This document shows, piece by piece, positions 39,582-52,563 of a DNA stretch of 64,000 nucleotides (within the stretch, counting starts at the first letter, position 1; every line of letters starts with the position of its first letter). Source of the stretch: Eledone cirrhosa (lineage: Eukaryota); contig OZ024740.1 of the NCBI GenBank assembly GCA_964016885.1, positions 328,910,001-328,974,000 of the forward strand, written 5' to 3'. The notes beneath the pieces were generated by a model. That model saw only the letters and a list, made by a program, of their open reading frames with translations, had not been told where the DNA came from and did not search any database. A program made the position numbers and the translations under genes.

Positions 39582-39626
39582 AGCTGACAAGGCCTTGTTT
39601 CGCATTTATTGATGCTTATCAAAGCC
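39582..39626 (-). ncRNA. Variant type I hammerhead (U3-A8 core)
   Basis: Minus strand: ggct TTGATAA gcat caataa atgc GAAA caaggccttg TC agct. Confidence 0.85.
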
Positions 39627-39911
39627 AACTCCTCCTCCTGCCTGCTGAAATCATGGATGTTTGGTTCTTATAGAATTCTAGTAAAGAATCGGGAACTGAT
39701 TATACAGAGCGGTTGCCTGTCAAGCAGAAATTGAAAATTAGAATTGGTGCTCTGAAATAGCTATATATATATGAATGTATATATAGTGTATATGTTCTAA
39801 TTTTCAATTTCTGCTTGACCGGCAACCGCTCTGTATAATCAGTTCCTTATTATTTACTAGAATTCTATAAGAACCAAACACCCATGATTTCAGCAGGCAG
39901 GAGGAGTAGTT

Positions 39912-39956
39912 GGCGTTGATAAGCATCAATGAATGCGAAACAAGGCCTTGTCAGCT
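39912..39956 (+). ncRNA. Variant type I hammerhead (U3-A8 core)
   Basis: ggcg TTGATAA gcat caatga atgc GAAA caaggccttg TC agct; distal stem atttcagcaggcagg / cctgcttgctgaaat. Confidence 0.8.
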
Positions 39957-40146
39957 TTATCTCCCCCTGCTTGCTGAAATTAAAGTAAGTGAGTCTGTCA
40001 CTACTCTAAAACAATAGCATAAGGTCTTCGAAATGCTTTTATTAAGCATACAGTGTATTGCAAAATACACTATATATACATTCATATATATATAGCTATA
40101 TCACAGCACCAATTCTAATTTTATATATATATATACATATACATAC

Positions 40147-40197
<51 letters not shown>

Positions 40198-40203
40198 TAT
40201 ATA

Positions 40204-40247
<44 letters not shown>

Positions 40248-40251
40248 TATA

Positions 40252-40350
<99 letters not shown>

Positions 40351-41278
40351 CTGTGCAGTGTCAAGAGTTCCCGTAGACTAGATAATGGAAAAATGGTGTT
40401 ATATTACGTACAGAGCTAAACTATATTATTATAAATAGGTTCTCAATACAGCTGCCTGCTACCAATGGTTTCAAAACCTACTCAAGCATATGTCTTAGAG
40501 ACCGTGTCACTGGTAGGGTTTCTTATCTTTAAGGCAATACCAGGGTCACCGACGTTATTTACACGAGATCTCGTCAAGTGCTAGGGAGATAATTATAATT
40601 TTATGTTTTTCGTATTCAGATGGAGTAAATCCCGTATATCAACGTTTATCTAAATTATAACAAAGTAAGGTGTGCGGGACTACGTCCAGAATATATATTT
40701 TACTATCCCGTTTGTAAAATATGTTGGATTACTTTAAATAAATAATGAATGAATATTACATAATCTATCTACTAAATTTCGTTATACTTGATTAAATATA
40801 AATAATTTTGTTGCTTATTTTAAGATTAACTTTTTAAAAATGTTCAAATGTCCGGTTAGCGATCGCTTAAATAAACATTCATATATTTCCGTCACTAATT
40901 TTCTCCTAATGCAGTTTATATATAATATCGTCTTTTTTTACTGTATCATGGATTACGTTACTGATTACATAAGACAGTGTAACGCAGCCTTCGTTCAATT
41001 TCTGTGGATATTGTCAATTACGATTTTATTTGATGTATCATATATACATGCACATTTACTTGCGTATAATATCAATATGCACACTACACATGCTAGCAGA
41101 AAACCACACGAAGGGTGGTTTTTCTGCTTGTATTTTTAATGTCATTACAATTGTAATTGTATTTGTTAAAATGTCTGTATTGTGGGTATGTCTGTTTGTG
41201 TTTCCCTATGTATAATCAATTATATGGAGTACTGTAGTACATATGTTTTATTATTATTATTTTCATCATTTTTTTGAA

Positions 41279-41470
41279 GGGTGGTGGATTGGCAGTATCG
41301 GTAGAGGGTCGGTTGCCATGCTTTGGCGTATAGAGTTACAGTCCTTGTCATCCTGATTTTAAATCCCGCTGAGGTTAACTTTACCTTTCATCCTTACGGA
41401 TCGATAAAATAAAGTAACAGTCATGCACGGGGATAATTGCTGGCGTTGTACGAAAATGTAGAAACAATTA
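41279..41470 (+). mobile_element. tRNA-derived SINE, full length
   Basis: ggtggattggcagtatcggtagagggtcgg...cctttcatccttacgga tcgataaaat...gtagaaacaatt. Confidence 0.85.
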
Positions 41471-41907
41471 TTTTTATCATTAAGGCGCAGTTTTTTTTTT
41501 TTTTACTATTATTAAGGTGTAGTATATTGTTAAATTCAGTACTTAAGGTGTGTGTATGTGTACTTGTGTGTGTGTATTTATGTTTATATTATTAATGTAG
41601 ATGGAATGTGGTGTGTTGCCTTGACGGTGTATGTGTTTTGCCAATACACCACTTCATTATATATACATTTTCTTACACCCTAGTATTAATATTAGCCTCT
41701 CTTTTTCTTCTTCCCTTATAAATTATCCTAATAATTATTTAAATTTACCTAGCATCTAAATATAAGGATCGTGTTTCAGCCTTACGTTTCAACCTCATTT
41801 ACATATTCATCCTAAAGATTTGAAATTTTTCTTTCACTATCCAAACTGAACCTGAACCGATAAGGTCTGGTTTCTTGGGTAGGTCACCATTCATAAAACA
41901 AATTTTG

Positions 41908-41968
41908 TATTTTATCTGATGAGAGCGTACCAAAATGTTGGTACCCTTGAAATATATACAATAAAATA
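41908..41968 (+). ncRNA. Type I hammerhead, cleavage-site U mutated to C
   Basis: tattttat CTGATGA gag-c-gtaccaa aatg ttggtac-c-ctt GAAA tatata CA ataaaata. Confidence 0.75.
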
Positions 41969-42012
41969 AATATGGTTTTATAAATATAGTTTCCATTTAT
42001 TAACATCATTGT

Positions 42013-42065
<53 letters not shown>

Positions 42066-43646
42066 TATATAATGCAGTAACGTATTGACACATAGAGAAG
42101 GTGAAGTCTAATATGTCAAATAGGAAAGCAATCAGAGCTGCAGACTAGGCTTGAAGTAGCACAGTGCCACTATATTTGTACACTCACTGTTTCAAATTTG
42201 GTATAGGAAAATGAGACTGAGAAAATTCAATATTGCAACGATAAGAATCGTGAATGGTGCCAGAAACATTAATGAAAACAGACACTCTAAAGATACAAAC
42301 AATAGATATGATCGAATAAATTCATCTATTGTCTCTCAGAGGTATCATGCTGACAGTCTAGGAGAACAAACTTTTCTTATCATTTTGGTTTTTCCAAATA
42401 CGAAGACACACACATAGAAAAATATATAAGTAGATAGTTGTCTATTTTCTCAAACATACACGCAAATAACCTATACAGCAATGAACAGCGATTAAAATGT
42501 TTTAAGTATTTGAAGTAAAAACAGATTCAACATATCAGGGATATGAAGAATATCAACCAAAATGTATACATCTTGGGAGAGTTGTTAACACACTTTATAA
42601 AGAGAACTTAAATTTCAAAATTAACCATTAAAGATACTAGCAGAAAAACCACCCTTCGAGTGGTTTTCTGCTAGCATGTGTAGTGTGTATATTGATATTA
42701 TACGCAAGTATATATACTTGTAGATATGATACATCAAATAAAATCGTAATTGACAATATCCACAGAAATTGAACGAAGGCTGTGTTACACCGCCTTATGT
42801 AATCAGTAACGTAATCCATGATACATTAAAAAAAAGACGATATTTTATATAAACTGCATTAGGAGAAAATTAATATATTTATTTAAGCGATCGCCACCGG
42901 AAGTGTTGACATTTGAAAATTCTAAAGAAGTGAATTTTTAAATAAATAATAAACTATATTTAATGAGCAGTCACGAAATTTAGTAGATAAATTATGTAAT
43001 ATTCATTCATTATTTATTCAAAGTAATCCAACTTATTTTACTAATGGGATAACGAATTATAAAACGTACACAGTCCCGCGCTTCTTACTTTATTATAGTT
43101 TAGATTTTTGACAACAATGAGTATTATGCATTATTGTTGAAAAAATATTTCTTATGTAAATTGATATTTGGAGAACATTAAGGGAAATATAAAAAAATAC
43201 ATTATAACTCTGTGTAAGTGGAAGGCTATTATTAAACTATCAAACATTTCTTTACAAGTGGAAGGCCACTTACACATACGTACATGCACGTGTATCCTCT
43301 CGTTGCACTTTATATATGTTTATAATATAATTCTCAATGTATCACCACCGTGTCATTTTTATTTATGTATTATAAGATATTTCCGAATGTTAATACTCTG
43401 AGAGGGATAATATTTTTGTATAAAACTAATAAAGACGAAGAACTTTCTTGTTTTAATAAAATAATTTTTCAGCATAAACATATTATACATATTTTGTATG
43501 TCTTCTTGAGAATGCTTTTTAATTAGATAATATGGAATTTAGGTTCGCTTTGTACTATAATTTGCATTTATTATCAGGTTGTACGATAAATGTCCCATTT
43601 CAGGTATTTGAAATGTTATAGAACACACACACACACACACGCACAT

Positions 43647-43738
<92 letters not shown>

Positions 43739-43749
43739 ACACACATATA

Positions 43750-43782
<33 letters not shown>

Positions 43783-44612
43783 TTCGATATGGTTGTCCAA
43801 GCTTTTATGACTATATTTTCATTACCAATACTCATGGATAGTTGTTTTGGGCCTACTACCTTTTAAGACTACTACACTTCTTTTGTCCGTTTACTCACGA
43901 AATATTTTCCTCTTATTGTGAAAGGAAAATATACATTAATAATGCATTAACACACAGAGACATACACCTCCTCTTTATATATATATATAACGAAGGAAAT
44001 GTGGTAAGGGACCAGATGGACCATAACGCACCAAAGTACTCAATACTTAGGGTAGTAGAGTGGGTAATAGGAACAAGTAGGAACCCGACCTACGAACCCT
44101 ATGCTCTCACCCTTCGAGAGTGACCTTTTCCAACTGGTCAAGAGCATTAAATTCAAACCCAGACACAACAGATTCCTACAAAATCTACGTAGCAATTTAA
44201 CAGAGTATAAAAACACCAATGACATCATGGTACACTCGGATAAACTGGTAACCTCTACTTCGTCAACCCCGACAGATACCACACACTGATCAGGAGCAGC
44301 CTAAACTCCACCTATAAAAAGGCTAACCACTCAAGCATCGAGGACATAAATCGAGATGGACAACAAGTTACCCCCAGCCTCGGGGTCGCCGAGCGCACGG
44401 AACCCCTAGACCCACGGACTCCCTAATTCACACTGAAGGACCCCACATCCGATTTCGACCGTAAACCATCTATAAGGCTTATAAACCCAACGAAGTCCGA
44501 CGTAGGGAGAATCAGTAAAAAGATCCTAGACCGCGTTATACCAAAAGTTAAGCAAAACGCCAGACTTAGCCTATGGGTCATCACCCAGGAAGTAATCTCA
44601 TGGTTCAGCAAT

Positions 44613-45284
44613 ATGGAGGAGAAACGAGACACAAAATTCATCCAGTTTGACATAGAAAGTTACTATGCTTCAATTACCTTACCGCTCCCCACGGCCGCCT
44701 TGGACTTTGTCGAGACACTCGCGCCCATCACCGACCAGGAAAGAAATATCATCCTCCACGCCAGGAAGACAGTCCTACATTTCGACGACTCCAAATGGAT
44801 AAAGAGAGCTCCCGACTCCCCCTTTGACGTCAGTATGGGCGCGACGGATTCGGCTGAGGTTACAGATCTTATAGGATTATTCCTACTATTTAAACTCACC
44901 GATATGTTTCATGCATTCGGCGGTGGATTGTACCGTGATGATGGGCTACTTACTCTCAAAGGGTACAACCCCAGTAGTACAGACCGAGTCCGTAAACAAT
45001 TAATCAGCTTCTTCCGCGACTGGGGATTTAAAATAACCCTACACACATCCATAACGCGAGTAAACTTCCTGGACGTTACCGTTAACATCGATAACGATCT
45101 GTACTACCCATACAGGAAACCAAACGGCAACCTGCACTACATCACCAATAACCTGGTTAAAAACATCTCGCTCCGCACATCTCGTTTGTCCGCTAATGAG
45201 CAGATATTCGAGGAACATGCGCCTTATTACAACCAGGCCCTCAAGCTTCCGGGAGGAAATATCCTATCGTCCAGCTTCCATTAG
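44613..45284 (+). pseudogene. PLE RT core fragment
   Basis: YRDD catalytic motif; flanked by frameshifts. Confidence 0.85.
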
Positions 45285-47174
45285 CGGAACCAGCAGGCGA
45301 CACCGCCGCTCACGCAACGTAACGTGGTTCAATCCTCCCCACAATGCCGAGGTGACAACACCTATCGGGAAAATCTTCTTTAGGCTCATCGAAAAACACT
45401 TCCCACTACAACACCGCTACCACAACATAATCAACAAAAATACCATCAAACTCTCCTACAGCACCACACCTAACTTTGCACAAAACATCGTCTCCTCTAA
45501 CAACAAAAAACTCAACCCATATGGAAGAAATAACCTAGATAGCAGTGGAGAGCCGACCAGGAAGTGTAACTGTCCTGATGGATCCCTTTGCCCCCTCGAC
45601 AACAGATGCAGAGATCGTAATGTGATATTCCAGTGCAAGGTGAGGACGGACACCTCCAACAAAGCTTATATAGGACGCTTGTGACTTCAAGACCCGGCTA
45701 TACCAACACAGACATACTTTCCAAAACCCGGCCCGGCGTCACGCCACTACACTTTCGGGCCACACCAGGGACCTCAAAGATAACAATATAACATAAAATC
45801 TCGCTTGGAGCTTACTGTCCAGAGCAAACTCTTACACGGGAGGACGCCGTCCGTGTAACTTATACTCGGAGGAAACATTACAAATGCTGTTTTCGACAGA
45901 CCAACTCCTAAACAAGAAAGACTAACAGGTAACTGCATGCAAACACAGATTGCGTAGGACTTACCTTGCCCTCAAACCCCATAATGACCCGGGGGGGGGG
46001 GTGTAGACAAGGTCTGAAACACCCCACTTGCCGATTTTGTAAGGGGTAACCCCTGCTTGCAAAGGTAGACGTAAGTTTTTTTATATATTCTTTTTATATA
46101 TTTTTTATCGTTTCCTCTATATTTCCTTCTTCCCCCATCCCTTCCTAGTCCTTCCACCCCAGATCTCCTTCTTTGTCGTCATCCTTTTCACCTTCTCGCC
46201 CACCCCGATGCATCCCTGCGGCCCTCTGTAGCCTCAGTACCCCCACCCCCTTATTTTATGATAGAATTGGCCGATTCCACTTTTTATAGCAGATGTGCTA
46301 GACCCCAGTTACTTGCTTTCTTCTCTGGTTGCTGCCCCATTTCCATGATTTAGGATTTCTTAGTGGTATTTCTGCTTTAGTTTCTCGAATATCCGTATTT
46401 ATTTTTTGGGATTCTGAATTAATTTTTCGTATTAGATTTTCATATATATTGTACAAGTATTTATGTAGATTGTATTAGAATTTATGTATTGTAGCAGTAT
46501 TTATATATATTGTATTAGTTTTTTTTATATATATTGTATGAGTATTTCTGTAGATTGTATTAGAATTTATGTATTGTAGCAGTACTTATATATATTGTAT
46601 TAGTATTCATGTTTCTGGATTCTGAATTAATATTTCGTATTATTTTTTTTAGTATGTTGGTCCGCAACTTGTTGATCTGACCTTGTAAAATAGCTTTGGC
46701 CGATTACTACTAACTATTGTAGTGGTGGTAGACCCCCTGTAATGATGGCCTCATAAAATTCTTTCACTACAATCTCGTATTTAGTATTCCTTCCCACCTA
46801 TTAAACTTTTCTATAGCTTAGCAGTACCAGTGAGAGATTTCATGATTGTGGAAGGGGACTAGTAACCAGAAATTGTTTTTTTTATATTTTTAATATTTTT
46901 TATATATTTACTCCATTTAGATTTACTTATTGTTTCAACTCCCCCTCCCCTTCTCTAGTATACTTTTTTCGACCTTCTATACACCATCCTTAGAATCTGC
47001 TGTAGTTTTCACTTTCAACGCTTGACTGGATTTCCTCCACTCCCTATCCCTCTTTCTTCTACTGGCAAGTTCAGCTACCCCTACCTTCCACAAAATGCCA
47101 CGATAGAATCATGTGTCTTAACAACAAACTTTTGACCAATCCTTGTGACAATCATTTTTACCATATACGGAATT

Positions 47175-47270
47175 ACCCCCTGAGAAGTTCGGGTATTCAT
47201 TTACCAGGCTAAATATTTTCATTTAGTCCAGAATTAGCCGTCGAAACGGCTTGAGCCCAGCCGTCGGGGT
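47175..47270 (+). ncRNA. Type I hammerhead with long stem II, core G8A
   Basis: acccc CTGAGAA g...c GAAA cggct tgagccc agccg TC ggggt. Confidence 0.7.
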
Positions 47271-47280
47271 CCTACTTGTT

Positions 47281-47340
<60 letters not shown>

Positions 47341-47391
47341 AAATAATAAAATGCGAAGTAGTTTCTGATGTTAAAGTCCTTTATTGATAAG

Positions 47392-47466
47392 GCTGTGATA
47401 CATATTTCGATTACGACATCGGCCACGCGATCCCGTGTACCCAGTGTCATGCTCTCATAAGACAGC
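47392..47466 (-). ncRNA. Type I hammerhead, core G5U
   Basis: Minus strand: gctgt CTTATGA ga..tgacac..tgtcg..tc GAAA tatgta TC acagc, then AATAAA. Confidence 0.65.
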
Positions 47467-47561
47467 TTCTTACATAATAAGGTTACGTTCCCGAGGCAAT
47501 CGAAATTGAAACAACATCGCAGTCCACCTCGCAGAAGAACGTAAAATAAACAAATACTGGG

Positions 47562-47990
47562 GGTTTTCAGGCCGCTTCCTCTTCGCACCGGTCGCCATCG
47601 AAACCTCTGGTGTACTTGGAGCCCATACTGCCGAGCCCCTCCGCAAGATCGAAGCGTCGGTGGCCCGTCTAAGGAGGGGGCCTCGCGAGGTTGGGTGGAT
47701 GTGGCAGAGGGTGTCACTTGCCACCGTCCAGAGGAATGCTTTTGCCGTCTTGTCCATGGGGCGCAGCACTCCTGTCCCCTTCACCTAGGCCCAAATCCCA
47801 ACCCCTCCCCTCTCTTTTGCAACTCTAGAGCTCTTGCCACCCCCTCCCTTTGCCGTTCTTTTTCTTCTTTCTTTGTCTCTCTCTTTTTTCTATATTTCCT
47901 TATTCTTTCTTTCCTTTTGTTTCCCCTTTTTTATTTTTTATTACTAAATAAGGTTTGTTTTTTGCTTTTGAATAAATTCATTTAATTCTA
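47562..47990 (+). pseudogene. 3' end of a CRE-like non-LTR retrotransposon (restriction-like endonuclease C-terminus + UTR)
   Basis: FLFAPVAIETSGVLG...PREVGWMWQRVSLATVQRNAFAVL matches the FxPxAxETxG...QRxSxAxQxGNA pattern; pyrimidine-rich UTR with AATAAA. Confidence 0.7.
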
Positions 47991-48214
47991 GAATATATAT
48001 ATATGGTAGTTTGTGCAGATGTTTGTTTTAATATTGAGAAATTTGTAATTACAATATGTACTTTCAAATGTGTAGATAAAAATACCACCTAGTTACGAAT
48101 ATTGATATTTTGAAAATTTTCCAATGAGAGATGAGGATATATAATCCCATATGTGTCATGATGCTGACCCCAGCAGAACTTCAAGAACACGTCTGTAAGC
48201 ATTAATATTCCAGC

Positions 48215-48291
<77 letters not shown>

Positions 48292-48701
48292 AAATATAGA
48301 GAAAAATACTGCAGGTAGCACATGGATAACATGTAATAAAATGAGTCCCTCATCAGTGATTTGCCGAAGATCATAGATATTTCATTGCATTAAAAATCAT
48401 ATACCTCACCTCGGTGCAATAATAACCAAAATAAGTTATTAGGACAATTGAAACGCGTAAAGCGAGTGAGACAGGAGAACAACAAAAAGTATAGCTAACC
48501 GTAGGGGGAAGAAACAAGATTCAAAAATTATTCTGTTTAGCATAAGCTAGGTGAATATATGAGCGCTTTTAGAACAGACAATACACGAACGAAGGCTATG
48601 AGCGGAGAGAGAAAAATAGCTCTCGTGGTGTACAGGATGAAATGAAGAGAAGAGAGAGAAACAGTGAGTGAGTGAAAGTGTGAGGATATATATATATATA
48701 T

Positions 48702-48902
48702 GAAAAAGTAAGACCCCGACGGCAGAGCCCGAGCAGTTTCGACGACTATTTCTGGACGAGGTGAGTCCAGAAATAGCCGTCGAAACGGCTTGAGCTCTGC
48801 CGTCGGGGTCTTACTTTTTCCTATTTCCCACTCTACTCCCCTAAGTATTGCTTACTCCGGTGCGTTATGGTCCATCTTGTTCCTTACCACAATTCCTTAG
48901 TT
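48702..48902. repeat. Foldback of the 3' half of the 47.2-kb HHR plus PLE terminal tail
   Basis: Hairpin 48702-48820; 48803-48902 is the reverse complement of 43990-44089. Confidence 0.8.
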
Positions 48903-48949
48903 ATATATATATATATATATATATATGCGTGTGTGTGTGTGTGTGTGTA

Positions 48950-49002
<53 letters not shown>

Positions 49003-49039
49003 TATTATATACACACATATTTATACACACACAGACATG

Positions 49040-49114
<75 letters not shown>

Positions 49115-49447
49115 TAAATCGTGTCCTTAGAATTATTAGATAAAATATATACCATTTCCTCTCCCAATATATATATATATATATATTGTCCCTATATATA
49201 TTCCGTTGGTACTTAGTACCTACTGGATTATCTATATCATTTATTTGAATTCTCCTTTAATGTAGAGTAAAAAAATGTTGTATCGTGCTGCTATTTCTAG
49301 TAACATGAAATATCAACGAGTCTATAATTCCTGTTCTTTCTTACGGCCTATTTGTGTGTGGGGCATTTTAACGGCTAGATCTCATACACCGGACACAAAG
49401 CGACATATCTACTTCTGCTGGGCTTTATGTCTAGTAGTTTGGAAATA

Positions 49448-49525
49448 GCTGTGAAGAGCTATATCTTTCCATTGGAAATTCTCTGAATTTCCAATCTTTT
49501 GATCAGCGAAACCGTCGGTCACGGC
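49448..49525 (+). ncRNA. Decayed type I hammerhead (2-nt deletion in core)
   Basis: gctgt [CT lost]GAAGA gct..attggaaattc tct gaatttccaat..agc GAAA ccgtcgg TC acggc. Confidence 0.6.
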
Positions 49526-49598
49526 ATTAGAAGAGGTGAATATTTAAATCGTATTTTAATTTACTTAAAAGATTGTTTAATGTTTGCTTGTTCCGCTC

Positions 49599-49658
<60 letters not shown>

Positions 49659-51123
49659 TTACACACACACACACACACATACACACACACACACACACAC
49701 ACATATATGTATATATGTGTGTGTCTGTGCCTGTGTGTATGTGACTCTGCGCGCGCGCGCGCGCGTGTGTGTGTGTGTTTATGTGTGTGGAAAAAAAGTT
49801 GAAATCTAATTGCACTACATTGAAGTTGAAAGCTACACGATGTCATGAATGGTAATTAACAGATTCAAAACATCACCTTTGTATCCATCCCACATTAACA
49901 AGAGAATTGCGGAACCAGTGAAGAAACATGTCCACCATTAACAATATCGAGAAAGCCATATTTATCAATTTCATGGACGAAAAAAAAAAAAAAAATAATG
50001 TTTGATGGAATATTAACATTAAAATTAATTAATTCGTATCGTGTAACATGTAAGGTGATTTCTCTAAATACTATTTTATGGAAGAACTTTGGTAAGGAAG
50101 GGAGACACCTCGATATCTGTAAAATCTGGAATATACAAGCATTGACACAATCTCACACACACATATATAAGTATATATAATACATAAAACCTTCAATATA
50201 AAGTTTCAAATATATATCTATACATGCTTCCAGCAAGTAATAACCATATATGACATTTCTGCTGCAATAAGCGTATATGACATTTCAGGGTGGCTGACAA
50301 GGAAACTCAACCCTTGTTTGTCATCCATATCCTTTCCTCCATATGGAACAACAACAACATGACACACTCCGTACCTACCTTGATTAACTAACCCATCTTT
50401 AAATTTGGGCGACAGCCCCTTTTCGCAAAATCTCTGTCTAAGTTGCTACTAAATCTTTCTTTATTTTCAGCGTTACCTAATGGTCCAACTTACATTCTAG
50501 ATTTGGCTGCCCTCTGGTGCAGCTCCGCCTATATATTTGAGTATGTGTGTATGTGTACGTGTGTGTGAGTGTGTGTGGGTGGGTGTGTGCATGTGTGTGA
50601 GTGTTTGTGTGTGTGTGTGTGGGGGGTGGGGGGGGGGGCATACATACATAATTACGGACATAGCTATTTACAAATATATGTATAGATTGTTATCGAATCG
50701 CTGCTATGTATACTCCAACATTTGCTTTCTCTTCCCCTTTCCATTTAAAGATATGGTCCCTCCTTGCCATGGTCTTTAAGGTGACATTTAAGGACTAATA
50801 CATACCTGTAGGTTCCATTTAAAATTCCATTTAAGTATAATCTTTCATATATACGATTGGTATGTACCTCGTAAACCCTGAATATAAGTAGCTTATTTAG
50901 TTATAGTAACTGAAAATAATTGACTTGCATATGATATCAACCTTTTACTCAGTGGAGCTCCTTATCATTGACGACAATGGACAAACGAAGGCTTAACAGG
51001 CTTGGCGGGAAGCTAACTCCTTGATAGTTCCAGGCCTCCCTAGGAATTCTATGTTTTCCATCTTGAACTGCATTCACACACACACACACACAATCACAGG
51101 AAGACATACATATATGTATGTAA

Positions 51124-51166
<43 letters not shown>

Positions 51167-51712
51167 TGTGTGTGCGTGTGAGTTCAACACTTTTTCGTAT
51201 TAGTGTATGATGTGTTTGTGAAAATAATATAATTTTTTTTACTTTTTTTAAATAATAGACGTTGTGACAGAGATAATCGATAAATACTTGTATATACATA
51301 GTGTGTCAATTTGAAACAACAGCATACTGTAGTTATTACAAGGCATAACTATCATTATGATGGATTCGAACACCATGTGTTGTCAGAAAGAAAAATATAA
51401 CACTTGCATTCAGTATGTGATTAAACTCTGTCAGAGGCTATATCAATATATTATTTTTTCATATACGCATTGTCAGTCGTACAAATGAGCAGAAATGCAT
51501 ATCGAAGACATGTGTGCATTGACCCAAACTTAGATGTAATGAATATTGTAGGTTGGAGCATATTTCATGACGCATGTTCAGAAATATTTAGTGACGTGAT
51601 AAAAATAAGAGAATATAAGTCATTGACAAAATAATATTGTTATATTTTCTTGTAAATGGAGTAGAAATATTCAGACGTACTTTCATTTTATATTATTAGT
51701 TTCCTTACCAGA

Positions 51713-51930
51713 AGGGTGGTTGGCAGAATCGACAGGGCATCGGACAACATGCTTTGTGGCATTGAATTACGGCCCTTTACGTTCTAAGTTCAAAATTCCG
51801 CCGAGATTAGCTTTGCCTTTCATCCTTACGAGGTCGATAAAATAAAGTACCAATAACGTACTGGAGCCGATTTAATGGACTTTCTCTTTCCCTCAAAATT
51901 GTTGGCCTTGTGCCTAAATCATTAACTATT
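51713..51930 (+). mobile_element. tRNA-derived SINE
   Basis: tggcagaatcg, gttcaaaattcc, gcctttcatccttacgaggtcgataaaat. Confidence 0.8.
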
Positions 51931-52474
51931 ATTAGCTTCCTTACATACGCACTGTTTCTCGTTTGCAAGACATTTAATCAGTAGTAAAATCCAAACGTCG
52001 AAACCTCGTCAGTTTCCATGAACGTTCTTCCGACAATAGAAAGTAGCTAGAAGCAAATTTAAGTATAAGATGTGTGAAATTATGTCTACTTGTAAGGAAT
52101 CAATACGTTGCTGTTCTACCAATTTCATTATTTATTAAGTGACGAACAAAAATTCTTGAATTGATTGTCCATGTGACTAGCTCAGATAGCCGAGTTGTTT
52201 CAATTAGGGTATAGCAACTAGAGTAAAAGATTTTCTATTGTATCAATATAAGGCCTTAGATTTTTTGTATTGATGTTCTTTCGTCAAAGGTCAGCCCTGA
52301 CCGAGAAGACATATGATTAATATAATTGCGGTCGAGATTATACTGTCATTCTTCTAGATATAATTTAACGCGGACTACACTACCCGATGCCGTGATTAGT
52401 GTGTGGCTTGAGGGAGATTAATGATACATGTTTTCTTGGCCTCTTTTCCTTTTTACACACACGCACACTCATAT

Positions 52475-52563
<89 letters not shown>

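Larger units (their letters stand above)
39447..40122. mobile_element. Foldback pair of ~318-nt retrozyme-like units
   Basis: Arms 39447-39791 (-) and 39795-40122 (+) each have terminal redundancy and one HHR; flanked by (TA)n. Confidence 0.85.
40648..43105. repeat. Diverged ~480-bp inverted repeat pair (40648-41128 / 42638-43105) around a 1.5-kb spacer
   Basis: ORF-track peptides MDYVTDYIR.CN.AFVQFLWILSITILFDVSY recur on opposite strands; DNA alignable by eye. Confidence 0.8.
43988..47284 (+). mobile_element. Penelope-like element (tentatively Hydra-clade-like), frameshifted, with 1.3-kb 3' UTR
   Basis: FIQFDIESYYASI, FDVSMGATDSAEVTDLIG, GGLYRDDGL, VNFLDV, WFNPP, CNC..CPL..C, KAYIG; HHR at the 3' end; (TA)n at both sides. 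Confidence 0.9.

Noticed and set aside
40840-41139. ORF repeated on the opposite strand at 42637-42819
   Set aside because: A consequence of the inverted repeat; no known domain or coding signature.
43355-43478. Minus-strand ctgaaaa...gaaa tatctta ta atacat
   Set aside because: Too degenerate and AT-rich to separate from chance.
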